64,000 nucleotides of DNA. Source: a virus (Duplodnaviria > Caudoviricetes). The stretch lies in the IMG/VR virus record IMGVR_UViG_2775507244_000004; one strand, given 5' to 3'. Position numbers and translations under genes: made by a program. The notes under the pieces were generated by a model that saw nothing but the letters and a program-made list of their open reading frames with translations, had not been told where the DNA came from and did no database searches. Below, piece by piece: positions 36,435-46,504 of the stretch (the stretch's first letter is position 1; each line of letters starts with the position of its first letter).

Positions 36435-37610
36435 GTGTCTCTGCTTTTTGTCCCGGTTACGGGCGCCGCGAATCCGCCCCTGGCCGCCTATGTCGGACTG
36501 ACGCGGTGCTTGGATTCCGCAAAGTTCACCGCGGCAGTGCCAACGAACGGGCGTGCGGTATCGGTGAGTCCAGACGGGACGAAGATCGCCTATGTCTGCA
36601 CGAGCAGTCCGTACCTCGTCGTCTACGACGCAGCCTCCTTCAGCCCGATCACGATCTCGGGCGGGAACCCTGCGGGGACCGGCGTCTGCTGCAAGTTCAG
36701 CCCTGACGGCGCGTATCTCGCAGTCGGCCACAACACGGCGCCGTTCCTGACGATCTACGAGACGATTGGATGGACGAAAGTCACCGGGCTCAGTGCAAAC
36801 CCTTCCGGGGCAGTGAACGCCATCGCATTCACGCCCGACGGGAGCAAGCTCTTCGTCGCCTGCCAGAGCTCGCCGGGGTTCTACGGGTACAACACGAGCG
36901 ACTGGACGCAGATGTCGGGCACTCCGTCGCTCGGTGGCAACGGGACCGGGTGTGCTGTGCATCCTGACGGCACGAAGGTGGCGATCACCGGCACCGCTGC
37001 GCTGCCCTACGTGTGGGTGTACAACATCGCGGATTGGACCGCCGTGTCCTCGACGCCTGGCGGCGGCCCAGTGGCGGCGGCGCAGTGCTGTGCATACAGC
37101 CCGGACGGAAATAGGTTCTACGTCGGCTCCTCTGGATCGCAGGCGATCTACGCCTACGACCTCGTCGGTTCGACGCGCACGCTGCTGATCGCTGGCGGGA
37201 CCGGCCTCGTCTACAGCATCGTGCCAAGCGCAGACGGCACGAAGTTGTGGGCGTGCAATCAGGGCGGGTATCTGAACGAGTATCAGGTCGGGTCGTGGAC
37301 GCGCACCTGGGTGCAGCCTGTGACGGTTGCGCTGTACATCATGGACGAGGCGCCGGCAAGCCTGTCTGAGAAGTACATTGGAACCACTGCGGCGGACCCC
37401 GTCACGGACCAGAACAACAACCCGATCGTGACCGACGTTCGGGCGTACCTGCGGCGAACAGGCGAGCTTCTTGGGGCGACAACGACAGCTGCTGACGGCA
37501 GTTTCTCGCTTGGGCCGTTTGCCAGCCAGCAGGAAGTGCAGGTCACGTACCTGTACCCGTCGGGGTCTCCGCTTCGCAATGACCTGATCCACAGGGTCAT
37601 CCCAGCATGA
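36435..37610 (+). CDS. WD40/YVTN beta-propeller protein, probable receptor-binding
   Basis: Repeated SPDG/TPDG/HPDG blades; C-terminal TTTAADGSF domain. Confidence 0.75.
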   Translation: MSLLFVPVTGAANPPLAAYVGLTRCLDSAKFTAAVPTNGRAVSVSPDGTKIAYVCTSSPYLVVYDAASFSPITISGGNPAGTGVCCKFSPDGAYLAVGHNTAPFLTIYETIGWTKVTGLSANPSGAVNAIAFTPDGSKLFVACQSSPGFYGYNTSDWTQMSGTPSLGGNGTGCAVHPDGTKVAITGTAALPYVWVYNIADWTAVSSTPGGGPVAAAQCCAYSPDGNRFYVGSSGSQAIYAYDLVGSTRTLLIAGGTGLVYSIVPSADGTKLWACNQGGYLNEYQVGSWTRTWVQPVTVALYIMDEAPASLSEKYIGTTAADPVTDQNNNPIVTDVRAYLRRTGELLGATTTAADGSFSLGPFASQQEVQVTYLYPSGSPLRNDLIHRVIPA

Positions 37611-38503
37611 GCTATGTTCGCCCTTCCGCTTCGGCCGCATCGGCTTCGTGGTTCAACGAAGCAGCGTACTCGCGGTTGTCAGGCGAGGCAGCAGGGGCGA
37701 CATGGTACGACGCGGGCGGCACCGTTCCACGCGATGCTCCCGGCGTCGCGCCAACAGGCGGTGTCGGTATAGGCACACGAGCAACCATCGAGGTTGCACC
37801 AAGCGTTGCTCCAGAGGGCGGGGTCGGGCTGGGCGATGTGCGCTACTACTTCAGGGCGCTTGGCGTCCGAAGCGGCGGGGTCGGCCTCGGGGATCGCTCG
37901 CGCCCGATCGTTGGCGAGGCGCCTGGAGTCAGCGAGTCGCGCGTCGGCCTTGCGTACTCGGTCCGATCCCTGCTTGGTCTGCGCAACCTCTTCGCCTACG
38001 CGCCAGGGATCAAGACAGGCGGCGTCGGCATTCCGACTGCTGACCTTCCGCTGACGGGTGTCGCGCAAGGCGTCGCGCCGACTGGTGGAGTTGGCACTGC
38101 GTCGGCTCGTGCAACGCACTTCGCTGTCGGCGTGGGCTCGATCGCTTCGGTCGGACTCGGGCAGGCGCGACTCGCCTCAAGGTTCTCCGCGCCAGCCGTT
38201 GAGCCGACGACCGGCGTCGGTGTGCCGCGCGCAGGGCTTCACTTCATGGCCCCAGGCGTTCATCGACCGACGCGCTTCGGGACTGCGTATCTCACGCTCG
38301 GGTGGGCATTCGTGGCGCCGTCCGTCGTGATGACGGGCCGTGTGGGGGCAGGATCGGCACGGTTCAACGTCCGCGCCGTTCCAGGCGTCGAGCCGACGAG
38401 CGGGGTCGGCGTTCCAGTCTTCTCACAAGGCCACCGGGCGCCGCACATTCCGCCCGAGACGATGGTAGGTCGCGGTCAACTCTCAAGGACGCCTTCATGC
38501 TGA
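37607..38503 (+). CDS. Gly/Val-rich repeat tail protein
   Basis: Repeats APGVAPTGGVG. Confidence 0.65.
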   Translation: MSYVRPSASAASASWFNEAAYSRLSGEAAGATWYDAGGTVPRDAPGVAPTGGVGIGTRATIEVAPSVAPEGGVGLGDVRYYFRALGVRSGGVGLGDRSRPIVGEAPGVSESRVGLAYSVRSLLGLRNLFAYAPGIKTGGVGIPTADLPLTGVAQGVAPTGGVGTASARATHFAVGVGSIASVGLGQARLASRFSAPAVEPTTGVGVPRAGLHFMAPGVHRPTRFGTAYLTLGWAFVAPSVVMTGRVGAGSARFNVRAVPGVEPTSGVGVPVFSQGHRAPHIPPETMVGRGQLSRTPSC

Positions 38504-39663
38504 CATTCGAGAAATTCACCGGCATCAACAACGTGCTCCCGTCTGACCGGCTCGGTCCGTCAGAACTCGCGCGGGCGACCAACGTCGATGCGGGACTGAC
38601 AGGCGAACTTCGGCGCCGCGCCGGCTACGCCATCGTGCAAGAGGGCTGCCACAAGAACCTGTTTGACGCCGGCGCTTTCATGCTCGCCACATGCGAAGGC
38701 GATCTGGTCGCCATCCACGGCGAGACGCGCACGACGATCTACATGGGCCTCGGCTCCGATCGCGTCTGGTACTGCGCGCTGCCTGATGGTCGTGTCGCAT
38801 TCAGCAACGGGCTCATCTGTGGCCTGACCGATGGTGTCACCTGGTGCACCTGGGGCGTACCAACGCCGCCGAGCGTTGGCGCCTTGACCGAAGTCGCGGG
38901 CGACCTCTTCCCCGGCGAGTACCGGTGGCAGATCACCTACGTGCGCGCAAGTGACGGGCGTGAGGGGGCTCCGGCGTTCAGCCTGCCGGTGACGCTCTCT
39001 GAGGGCGGCATCTTCCTTTCTGGCCTGCCGGCCGAAGCCGGGTACAAGATCAACGTTTATCTCTCGTTGCACAACGGCGGCGAAGCCTACCTGCTGGGCT
39101 CGACCGAAAGCGGACTGTTCAGCTTCACCGGCAAGAACGACGAACTCGTGCAGCCGTGCCGCACGGCCTTCATGTCGCCCGCACCCGCAGGACGATGCCT
39201 GACGGTGTGGCGCAACCGTGTCTTGGTGGCGCACGACAACGTGCTCTACGCCTCGCTGCCCAACAATGTGGAGGTGTTCGACGAGCGGCGCGACTTCAAG
39301 CAGTTCATCGACCCGATCACGCTGGTGGTCCCGGTGGACGACGGAATCTACGTGGGCACGACGAAGGATCTCGCATTCCTGTCGGGCAGCCAGTTCGACA
39401 GCCTTGTCTATCGCAAGGTGCTGGATGGCCCGGTGGTGCTCGGCTCCGGGGTGCCCGTGCGCGGCGAGCTGGTGAAGCAGGGCGATGGGGCGGGCCAAGG
39501 CTCGGCGATGATCTGCATCGCGGACGGGATCTTGTTGGCCGGGTTCAACGGCGGCGGCGTGCTCCGCATGACCGAAGGTCGATACCGCGCCACTGCGTCT
39601 GAGGTGCACGCGCACTTCCGCATGCGCGACGGCACCCCTCAGTACGTGGCGATTCCGCAATGA
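38497..39663 (+). CDS. Tail protein (podovirus nozzle/stabilisation-like)
   Basis: FTGINN...ATNVD...LRRRAGY N-terminus; beta-rich. Confidence 0.7.
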   Translation: MLTFEKFTGINNVLPSDRLGPSELARATNVDAGLTGELRRRAGYAIVQEGCHKNLFDAGAFMLATCEGDLVAIHGETRTTIYMGLGSDRVWYCALPDGRVAFSNGLICGLTDGVTWCTWGVPTPPSVGALTEVAGDLFPGEYRWQITYVRASDGREGAPAFSLPVTLSEGGIFLSGLPAEAGYKINVYLSLHNGGEAYLLGSTESGLFSFTGKNDELVQPCRTAFMSPAPAGRCLTVWRNRVLVAHDNVLYASLPNNVEVFDERRDFKQFIDPITLVVPVDDGIYVGTTKDLAFLSGSQFDSLVYRKVLDGPVVLGSGVPVRGELVKQGDGAGQGSAMICIADGILLAGFNGGGVLRMTEGRYRATASEVHAHFRMRDGTPQYVAIPQ

Positions 39664-41321
39664 GCCGCCTTCAGAACCACAACTGGATCGGCTTCAACGG
39701 CGAGCCCATCACCGGCCGGGTGCCTCCGCGTCTCATCGTTTACGGTCCCGATCTGACTGGGCAACAACGCGGCGAGGTGTTCCACGCCTACAAGCTCTTC
39801 ACCGAGGCGTGCGGCGTCGCCATTGGCGACTACCACATCCGAAATCGGGTGCTTTCAGACGGATCACGTGTTCGCTGCGCGTCGTTCATGGGCCAGGACG
39901 TGGTCGAGGTCTGGACGAGAGGCGTCGGCGAAGAAAAGATGCTCGGCGGCTTCATCTGCCGCCCGACCAGTGGCGTAGGCGATGGCGGCGCATGGCAATA
40001 CGAAGGCCCGGCCCGGTGGTGGGGTAAGCCATTCACGCCGGAGAATCGGCCGCTCGGAACGCTCTACGGCGGGAGCCCGCATGTTGCATTGCGACCGCAC
40101 TGGAAAGAGGGCAAACCGCAGTCGAGGTACAGGGTCGAGAAAGGTGTTGATCTGCTCTACGGCACGGTCGACTGGCAGGGGCGCAACCCGGAGACGGATG
40201 TGCTCTCGTGGGACGCCAAGACCTACAACTACACGTACTTCTATGTCCTTTCTGGAACCATCGAGTTCTTCTTCGATCGCTGGTTCCAGTTTGGGACGTC
40301 GGGCATGTTCGGAGAGAACTTCACCGACACGACGAAGAGCGCGGGGTTCGTGCGCCGATCGCTGAACCGAGGCAGTGGGGTGAACGTCTATAACAACGGC
40401 AGCATTTTGGCGACGATCTCCGGCGGGAACGTCGACGGAGTAGCTTTTGCCCGCGTCGGGGACAAGAAGCTCTTGGTGGGGGCACAGCGGTCCGCTGCTT
40501 TCACCTCCACAGGTGGGCAGTTCAACTTCTTCGCGTACGACCTCGACTCCGGCGTGAAGACGACAATCGGCGCCTTTAGGCCGGCAGAGACTTGGGCCAA
40601 CTTCCACGGCTGGTATTTCAATCTGGACGGAAGGAAGGCGCGCAGCATTTGCTACGAGGTGTCCTACGAACCGCGCATCACCGCCAGAATTGCTGCATAC
40701 GAAGTCGAGATTTTGGGCGACGCGGTCGACGACTTGACCGTCGCCGTGCGCGAGATTTCGCCGCCCATCCCTAGCGTTCTGATCGCCGCCGATTTCCGCA
40801 GGAGCGACAGCCTCGGAGCTGACGAGGGGGTGTTGGCGGTGCGGCCGTCCGACAGCAACCAGCACCACATAAAGGTCGTCAACGATGTTGGAGAAGTCCG
40901 CTTCTCCATCCCGAAGCCATTTTCCATCGGATTTCGGGATGAGGTCTCCGGACCGACCGTCGTCACAAGCAACACGTACTACCCAGGCACGCCAAGCTAT
41001 GTCGCCGAACTTGCGCAGCCGAGAACCGGGGGGTTTACCGGCGGCTGGGTCGCAGACTTCGATGCTCGGTACGACGCGTGTTGCTTGTACGAAGATGTGT
41101 GCCCGGAGCGCGTCCAGACCGCGCGAGAAGAGGGGACGCTGTCCGCAGGTAACTACTCCGTGGCCGTCAACGATACGACGGATGCGAGCCTGCACACGAA
41201 CATGGTAACAATCGGGCGGTGTGGCGCGGCTATTACAGCGACTGCCCCGTGGGATTACGGCGATCCAATCACCCGCTTTTTAACGCTGACACCGGAAGAG
41301 GTTGTCGCTCGATATGGATGA
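39660..41321 (+). CDS. Tail/structural protein
   Basis: 553-aa beta-rich ORF coupled to upstream gene. Confidence 0.65.
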   Translation: MSRLQNHNWIGFNGEPITGRVPPRLIVYGPDLTGQQRGEVFHAYKLFTEACGVAIGDYHIRNRVLSDGSRVRCASFMGQDVVEVWTRGVGEEKMLGGFICRPTSGVGDGGAWQYEGPARWWGKPFTPENRPLGTLYGGSPHVALRPHWKEGKPQSRYRVEKGVDLLYGTVDWQGRNPETDVLSWDAKTYNYTYFYVLSGTIEFFFDRWFQFGTSGMFGENFTDTTKSAGFVRRSLNRGSGVNVYNNGSILATISGGNVDGVAFARVGDKKLLVGAQRSAAFTSTGGQFNFFAYDLDSGVKTTIGAFRPAETWANFHGWYFNLDGRKARSICYEVSYEPRITARIAAYEVEILGDAVDDLTVAVREISPPIPSVLIAADFRRSDSLGADEGVLAVRPSDSNQHHIKVVNDVGEVRFSIPKPFSIGFRDEVSGPTVVTSNTYYPGTPSYVAELAQPRTGGFTGGWVADFDARYDACCLYEDVCPERVQTAREEGTLSAGNYSVAVNDTTDASLHTNMVTIGRCGAAITATAPWDYGDPITRFLTLTPEEVVARYG

Positions 41322-41516
41322 TTTGACCCTAGATCGAGGTGCTGAGGGGTGCGTACGGACCTACTACGGCGCCGTCCTTTCGCAGCACAACGTGTCCCGC
41401 CGCGACGTTCACGCGACCGCCGCGCACCTCATCGGCGTCGGCGACCAAGATGCCCACGAGATCCTTCATATCAATGAACAGCCGTACCCATGGCTATTCA
41501 ATATCGGAGTGTTTTA

Positions 41517-41960
41517 ATGGATGCGATCGTAATGAACACCCTGACCGGCGCGATCACTGAATACGACAACTACGGCTTTCACGCGGCGACACCAACGCAC
41601 GCCGGTAACGCAACCGGCCTCTACGCTTTCGGCGGAGACCTCGACGTGGCGCAGCCGATCGTCGCGGAAGCCGTGACCGGAGAGACGCTGTGGGGTGACT
41701 CGCGCAAGAAGTTTCTCGACATGGTCTATTTCTCGATCCCTGACGGAGAAGGTCGCGGCGAGCTAATCGTCCAGGGCGCCGGCGAAGCTGAATACCGCTA
41801 TCCGTTCCCGTTCCGTCCGTCCGGGCAGTCGCGCGCAAAGCCCGGAAAGGGCATCCGAGAGAACTATCTGGCGTTCGGATTCAGCAACCCGGACGGCGAC
41901 GATTTCACACTTGATCGGGTTGAAGTGCTGGTCGCTCAATCCAGAACGCGGAGGGTTTGA
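41517..41960 (+). CDS. Structural protein
   Basis: MDAIVMNTLTGAITEYDNYGF...RAKPGKG...RRV. Confidence 0.7.
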   Translation: MDAIVMNTLTGAITEYDNYGFHAATPTHAGNATGLYAFGGDLDVAQPIVAEAVTGETLWGDSRKKFLDMVYFSIPDGEGRGELIVQGAGEAEYRYPFPFRPSGQSRAKPGKGIRENYLAFGFSNPDGDDFTLDRVEVLVAQSRTRRV

Positions 41961-41962
41961 CC

Positions 41963-43801
41963 ATGTCCGGTCCCTACACTGAAGTCTCTGAAGCATTCGA
42001 CCGCGCGTACAGCTACGCCGAATCATCGCGCTCGGCTATGTCGAGCTTCACTGCCGCACTGAATGCGAGCATCTACAGCCCGCCGACGATCTCGATGACA
42101 TGGAACAGCATTGCGGCGCCCGATCTGCCGGCAATGCCCGTGGCGCCGTCGATGCCGACGATCAGCTTCGCCGTCCCGTCTGGACAGCCGACTGAGTTGT
42201 CGATCGAGATGCCCGGCGTGGTCATCGACGACTTCACCGAAGTCGCGCCGACATTGACGCTTCCGACCGCGCCGACTCTGAGCTACGGCGCCGCGCCGAC
42301 AGTGCCGACGGCGGGTGACGTCGAGATCCCGACAGCCCCGGTCGTCTCCTTTCCTTCCGCGCCGACCTACCTCACGCTGAACTCTGTCTCCTTCTCCGGC
42401 GTTGATCTTCACGAAGACTGGCTTGCGCGCCTGGAGGACGTGCCGACGCTCACGCTCGTGAGCCCGACGCCGTTCTCGTACGCCCGAGGGCCGGAATACG
42501 CCTCTGCGCTTCTCGAGGACCTGAAGGCGATCCTTCGTGCCCGGCTGGCGGGCGGCACAGGGCTTCCCGAGGCGGTGGAGCAGGCGATCTGGGATCGGGC
42601 GCGAAGCCGGGAGACGAAGATCGCACTGGCGAACGAAGCCGAGATTCAGCGCGCATCCGAGGCGATGGGCTTCGCCCTGCCGTCTGGCACGCTCGCGGCG
42701 CAACTATCGGAAGCCCGCCAGAACTACTACGACAAGCTGTCCGAGTTCTCGCGCGACGTGGCGATCAAACAGGCCGAGCTTGAGCAGGCAAACCTGAAGG
42801 ACACGATCGCTGCCGGCATGCAGCTTGAGGCGCAGCTTATCGACTACTCGTTCAAGCTGGAGCAGCTTTCGTTCGAGGCCGCGAAGGCGTACGCCGAAAA
42901 TGCCATCCAGAGCCATGCCGCCGCCGTCGATCAGTACAAGGCGCTGCTGGCGGGCTACCAGACCTACGCCCAAGCCTACGACACGCTCATCAAGGCTGAA
43001 CTCGCCAAGGTCGAAATCTACAAGGCGCAGCTTCAGGGCGAGCAAACCAAGGCGGACATCAACAACGCCCTGGTGCAGCAGTACAAGGCGCAGATCGAGG
43101 CCGGCATGTCCCAGGTCGAGATCTATCGCGCGCAAGTTGGCGCGGCGCAGACGCTGGTGCAGTTGGAGCAGACGAAGATCAGCGCGGCCGGCGAGCAGGT
43201 GCGGGCCTACATCGCCCAGGTGAATGCGGAAACTGCGAAGGTCGAGGCATTCAAGGCCAGCGTCCAGGCGCAGAGCACGCTGGTCGACATGTACAAGACC
43301 AAAGCCGACGCCTTCTCGGCGAAGGTCAGCGCGCAGGCCGAGAAGGCGAAAGCCGAACTCGCCCGCTACAACGCGCTCGTGCAGGCCAAGACCGCCGAGT
43401 GGGACGGCTACAAGGCCAAGGTGCAGACCGAAGGCGAACGCATCCGTGCGCTGGGCGTGCAGAGCGGGGCGCTGCTGGATGCGTTTAAGGCGGAGGCGGC
43501 AGCCGTCGAGTCCGAAGCGAAAATGCACACCATGCGCTGGGAGACGCAGATCAAGGACTACGAGGCCAGCCAGCAGTTGCTTCTGCAGACGGCCAAGATC
43601 AACGCTGACGTTGCTATCCAGGCCAACAACGCGCGGCTCGATGCGGCCAAGGTCGGCGCCCAGGTCTATGCGCAACTCACCTCCAGCGCCTACGGCATGG
43701 TCAACGCCAGCGCCAGTATCAGCGGCTCGGCCAGCAACAGCGTCAGCTACAGCTATGGCGGCGATGTGAGCGGCGAGGTGACGCCGAAGACGGCCGCGTA
43801 G
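41963..43801 (+). CDS. Pro-rich/coiled-coil virion protein
   Basis: Pro-rich N-terminus, long Ala/Gln helical repeats. Confidence 0.75.
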   Translation: MSGPYTEVSEAFDRAYSYAESSRSAMSSFTAALNASIYSPPTISMTWNSIAAPDLPAMPVAPSMPTISFAVPSGQPTELSIEMPGVVIDDFTEVAPTLTLPTAPTLSYGAAPTVPTAGDVEIPTAPVVSFPSAPTYLTLNSVSFSGVDLHEDWLARLEDVPTLTLVSPTPFSYARGPEYASALLEDLKAILRARLAGGTGLPEAVEQAIWDRARSRETKIALANEAEIQRASEAMGFALPSGTLAAQLSEARQNYYDKLSEFSRDVAIKQAELEQANLKDTIAAGMQLEAQLIDYSFKLEQLSFEAAKAYAENAIQSHAAAVDQYKALLAGYQTYAQAYDTLIKAELAKVEIYKAQLQGEQTKADINNALVQQYKAQIEAGMSQVEIYRAQVGAAQTLVQLEQTKISAAGEQVRAYIAQVNAETAKVEAFKASVQAQSTLVDMYKTKADAFSAKVSAQAEKAKAELARYNALVQAKTAEWDGYKAKVQTEGERIRALGVQSGALLDAFKAEAAAVESEAKMHTMRWETQIKDYEASQQLLLQTAKINADVAIQANNARLDAAKVGAQVYAQLTSSAYGMVNASASISGSASNSVSYSYGGDVSGEVTPKTAA

Positions 43802-43807
43802 CGCATC

Positions 43808-43848
43808 CCCCTGTAGGGCTGGCCCGATGACGGCTCGAACCGGAGCAT
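43808..43848 (+). promoter_or_regulatory. Late promoter motif copy 4
   Basis: CCCCTGTAGGGCTGGC-19nt-GAGCAT. Confidence 0.7.
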
Positions 43849-43874
43849 CAGACCGGTTCGAGCCGTTTTTCTTT
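43831..43874 (+). terminator. Intrinsic terminator overlapping promoter copy 4
   Basis: CGGCTCGAACCGG-N9-CCGGTTCGAGCCG then TTTTTCTTT. Confidence 0.8.
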
Positions 43875-43885
43875 AGGGGCCACCC

Positions 43886-46504
43886 ATGTACGGATTCAAG
43901 GCGGGCGCCGCGCCCAAGGACAAGCCCAAGGGCGGAAAGATCAAAGGCCCAGGCACCGGCACGTCCGACAGCATCAAGACCGAAGTTCTGAGCGGTAGCT
44001 ACATCATGCCCGCGGACTCGACTGCGAAGATAGGCGAGAAGGCGCTGGGCCAGCTTGGAAAGCCTGTTCCGGTCAATGTGAGCAACGGCGAATACCAGTT
44101 GCCGCCCGAGCAGGTGCATGCCGTCGGCGCGCAGGTGCTCGACCAGATGAAGGACGCAACGCACACGCCGGTTGCCGCCATGGGCTTCAAGCCGCAGGAG
44201 GGCGAGCTCTACTTTGCAGACGGCGGCGCAGTGGAAAGCACCGACGACCTGATCGCTCGGATCTCGGCCAAGTACGGCACAAGCAGCGCACCCGCGCCGC
44301 GCGCGCAGCCAGCGCCAGCCCCGCAACAGCCTGCCCAGCGCTCGGCTGCGCCGTCGATCGGCTCTGCGGCTGATGCGCTCAGAAACCGCAAGCGCCAGAT
44401 TGACGCAGCGGCCGGCTTTGCCGATGGCGGCCTCGTGGATGACGAAATGCCGATGGGCGGCAATGAGGCGGCGATCGCCCAAGGCTTTGACCAGTCGCGC
44501 CAGATCGAGGAAGAGGTGCTCGATCGGCAGGCGAAGATGCAGCGGCAGAGCCGGTCTGAGGCGCTATCCCGCAATGCGGAGATGGGCGCGCAGCTTCGTG
44601 GGCAGATCGATCAGCAAAGCGCGATGAGTCGCCGATCGTTGATCGAAGAGCCGATAGGGTTTGCCGATGGCGGGCTTGTCGATGATGAGCGCCGCCGCCC
44701 GCCGGCCAGCCCTGCTGGAATTGGCTTCGTCGACATGCGCAGCCCGAACATCCAGCGCACAGGCGAGCCGCGCCAGATGCCGCAGGGCTCGATGATGCAG
44801 ATGCCGCAGATGCCGACTGGAACGCAGAGCCAGCCTGTCGCAGCGCAGCCGCAGACGCAGGCCGGGTCGTTTTCGTCGATGCAGCGTGATCCAGGCATCC
44901 CGCGATCTGGCGCTCCAAGGCAAATGCCACAGGGCGAGCCGCTGGGAGTGAAAGACTTGCCGCAAGCCGCCAACCGTCCGAATCCGATCATGCAGCGCCC
45001 CGCTGAACCCGGGTCGTTCGACTCGGTGCAGCGCGCGCCGATCGTTACGACCAGCGGAGCGCTCCGTCAGATGCCGCAGGGCGACCCGCTTCGTCCGTCT
45101 GATCTCGCGCAGGGCTTTGTTGCCGGCGGAAATGCCGCAACGCAGCGTATTGCGGGCGGCGCAAGCGCGGCAGCACGTGACTTCATGGCTGGCGGCCAGG
45201 CGGCAACGGAGCAGATCGCCGGCTTTGGTCGGAAGATTGCGTCTGCACTCGCCCCCCAGCAGGAAGGAAGCTACTCGCCGGAGGCGCTTGGACAGCCCGC
45301 GCCGAATCCGAACGCTGGCGCCGCCTGGGGGGCAGTGAAGGATGCGCTTCTCTACAGCTCGGATGCCGCAGCGATCAGGGCGCGCAATCAGCAGCCGACG
45401 ACCACGACCACGCAGGCCGGCGCATCGCAATCTGCACCCGCTGCGCCGCAGCCTGCGATTTCCGCCGCAGCGCCGCAGCGCCAGGGCGCCGCACCCGCAC
45501 GCGCGTCCGCGGCGCCGAGCGCTCAAGGCTTCAACCCGTCCGCTCTGACCGATCAGCAGCGCAACGATGCCGGCGACGCCTACCGTTCCGCATGGCAGCG
45601 CGAGGCGTCCAACGGGATGCGTGGTGCGAACGATCAGGCGCTGGGCTTCTACAACGCCGAGCAGCTGGTTCGAGGCTCGAACGTCACCGCGCGCCGCGGC
45701 GCAAACGGCGTGATGGAGTTCTCCGGCAATGGCGAAGGGGCGCTCCCGCAGAACTACACGCGCGGCTTCGATCTGAACGCGGCCAACGAGCGCATGGCGG
45801 CGGCCAATGCCATCCGCCAGGGCTATCTGGACGCCCAGGCCGGATCAGACGGCGGCCCGCGCGGGGGTGTCATTGGAAACTCCGCCGTCGACGAGACGAA
45901 TGCCCGGTTCCGCGAGTCCGCGCTGCAAGAGTCCATGAAGGGCATGGGGCGCACGCGCCTGAACGCTACGGTTTCGATGCGCAATGCAGACGTGGCGAAC
46001 CAACGCGCCGCGGCAGAGCTTGCAATGCGTGAGCGAGAAGGGGCTGCAAACCGCGGACTTGCGGCCCAGGCCGAAGCCAATCGGACAGCGATTGACCGTG
46101 GGCGACTTGGCATTGACCAGCAGCGCGCAGACACGGAGGCAAACGTGCGCGGGTTCGAGGCGCGCGGCCTGGAGCGCGTGGAGAAGCTGTATACGGCATA
46201 CGAAAATGCAAAGACGCCGGAAGAGCGTGCCGCGGTTGCCGAGCAGATCAGGGCTATGAACGGGAAGGACGCGCCCAACCGCTACACGGTCGTGCCGGGC
46301 GGCCAGGAGGTGACGCCGCAGGGGATGCTGCGTACTGTGCCGAGCAGGGTGCTCAACAATCAGACCGGGCAGTTTGTCGAGCAGCCGCCGGCGCAGGCCG
46401 CATCAATCACGATGGATCGAGTGCGCGAGACCGCAAAGGCGCGAGGAATGACCGAGCAGCAGGTGATCGAGCTTCTGCGGCAGAACGGCCATCAGGTTGG
46501 CTAA
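43886..46504 (+). CDS. Putative internal virion/ejection protein
   Basis: GPGTGTSDSI...SNGEY domain, three FADGG motifs, low-complexity Q/A/P regions. Confidence 0.7.
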   Translation: MYGFKAGAAPKDKPKGGKIKGPGTGTSDSIKTEVLSGSYIMPADSTAKIGEKALGQLGKPVPVNVSNGEYQLPPEQVHAVGAQVLDQMKDATHTPVAAMGFKPQEGELYFADGGAVESTDDLIARISAKYGTSSAPAPRAQPAPAPQQPAQRSAAPSIGSAADALRNRKRQIDAAAGFADGGLVDDEMPMGGNEAAIAQGFDQSRQIEEEVLDRQAKMQRQSRSEALSRNAEMGAQLRGQIDQQSAMSRRSLIEEPIGFADGGLVDDERRRPPASPAGIGFVDMRSPNIQRTGEPRQMPQGSMMQMPQMPTGTQSQPVAAQPQTQAGSFSSMQRDPGIPRSGAPRQMPQGEPLGVKDLPQAANRPNPIMQRPAEPGSFDSVQRAPIVTTSGALRQMPQGDPLRPSDLAQGFVAGGNAATQRIAGGASAAARDFMAGGQAATEQIAGFGRKIASALAPQQEGSYSPEALGQPAPNPNAGAAWGAVKDALLYSSDAAAIRARNQQPTTTTTQAGASQSAPAAPQPAISAAAPQRQGAAPARASAAPSAQGFNPSALTDQQRNDAGDAYRSAWQREASNGMRGANDQALGFYNAEQLVRGSNVTARRGANGVMEFSGNGEGALPQNYTRGFDLNAANERMAAANAIRQGYLDAQAGSDGGPRGGVIGNSAVDETNARFRESALQESMKGMGRTRLNATVSMRNADVANQRAAAELAMREREGAANRGLAAQAEANRTAIDRGRLGIDQQRADTEANVRGFEARGLERVEKLYTAYENAKTPEERAAVAEQIRAMNGKDAPNRYTVVPGGQEVTPQGMLRTVPSRVLNNQTGQFVEQPPAQAASITMDRVRETAKARGMTEQQVIELLRQNGHQVG

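Noticed and set aside
41271-41290. -1 slippery site CGCTTTTTAAC
   Set aside because: The -1 frame closes within about 15 codons
33006-41321. Diversity-generating retroelement or invertible tail cassette
   Set aside because: No reverse transcriptase, invertase or TR/VR pair seen
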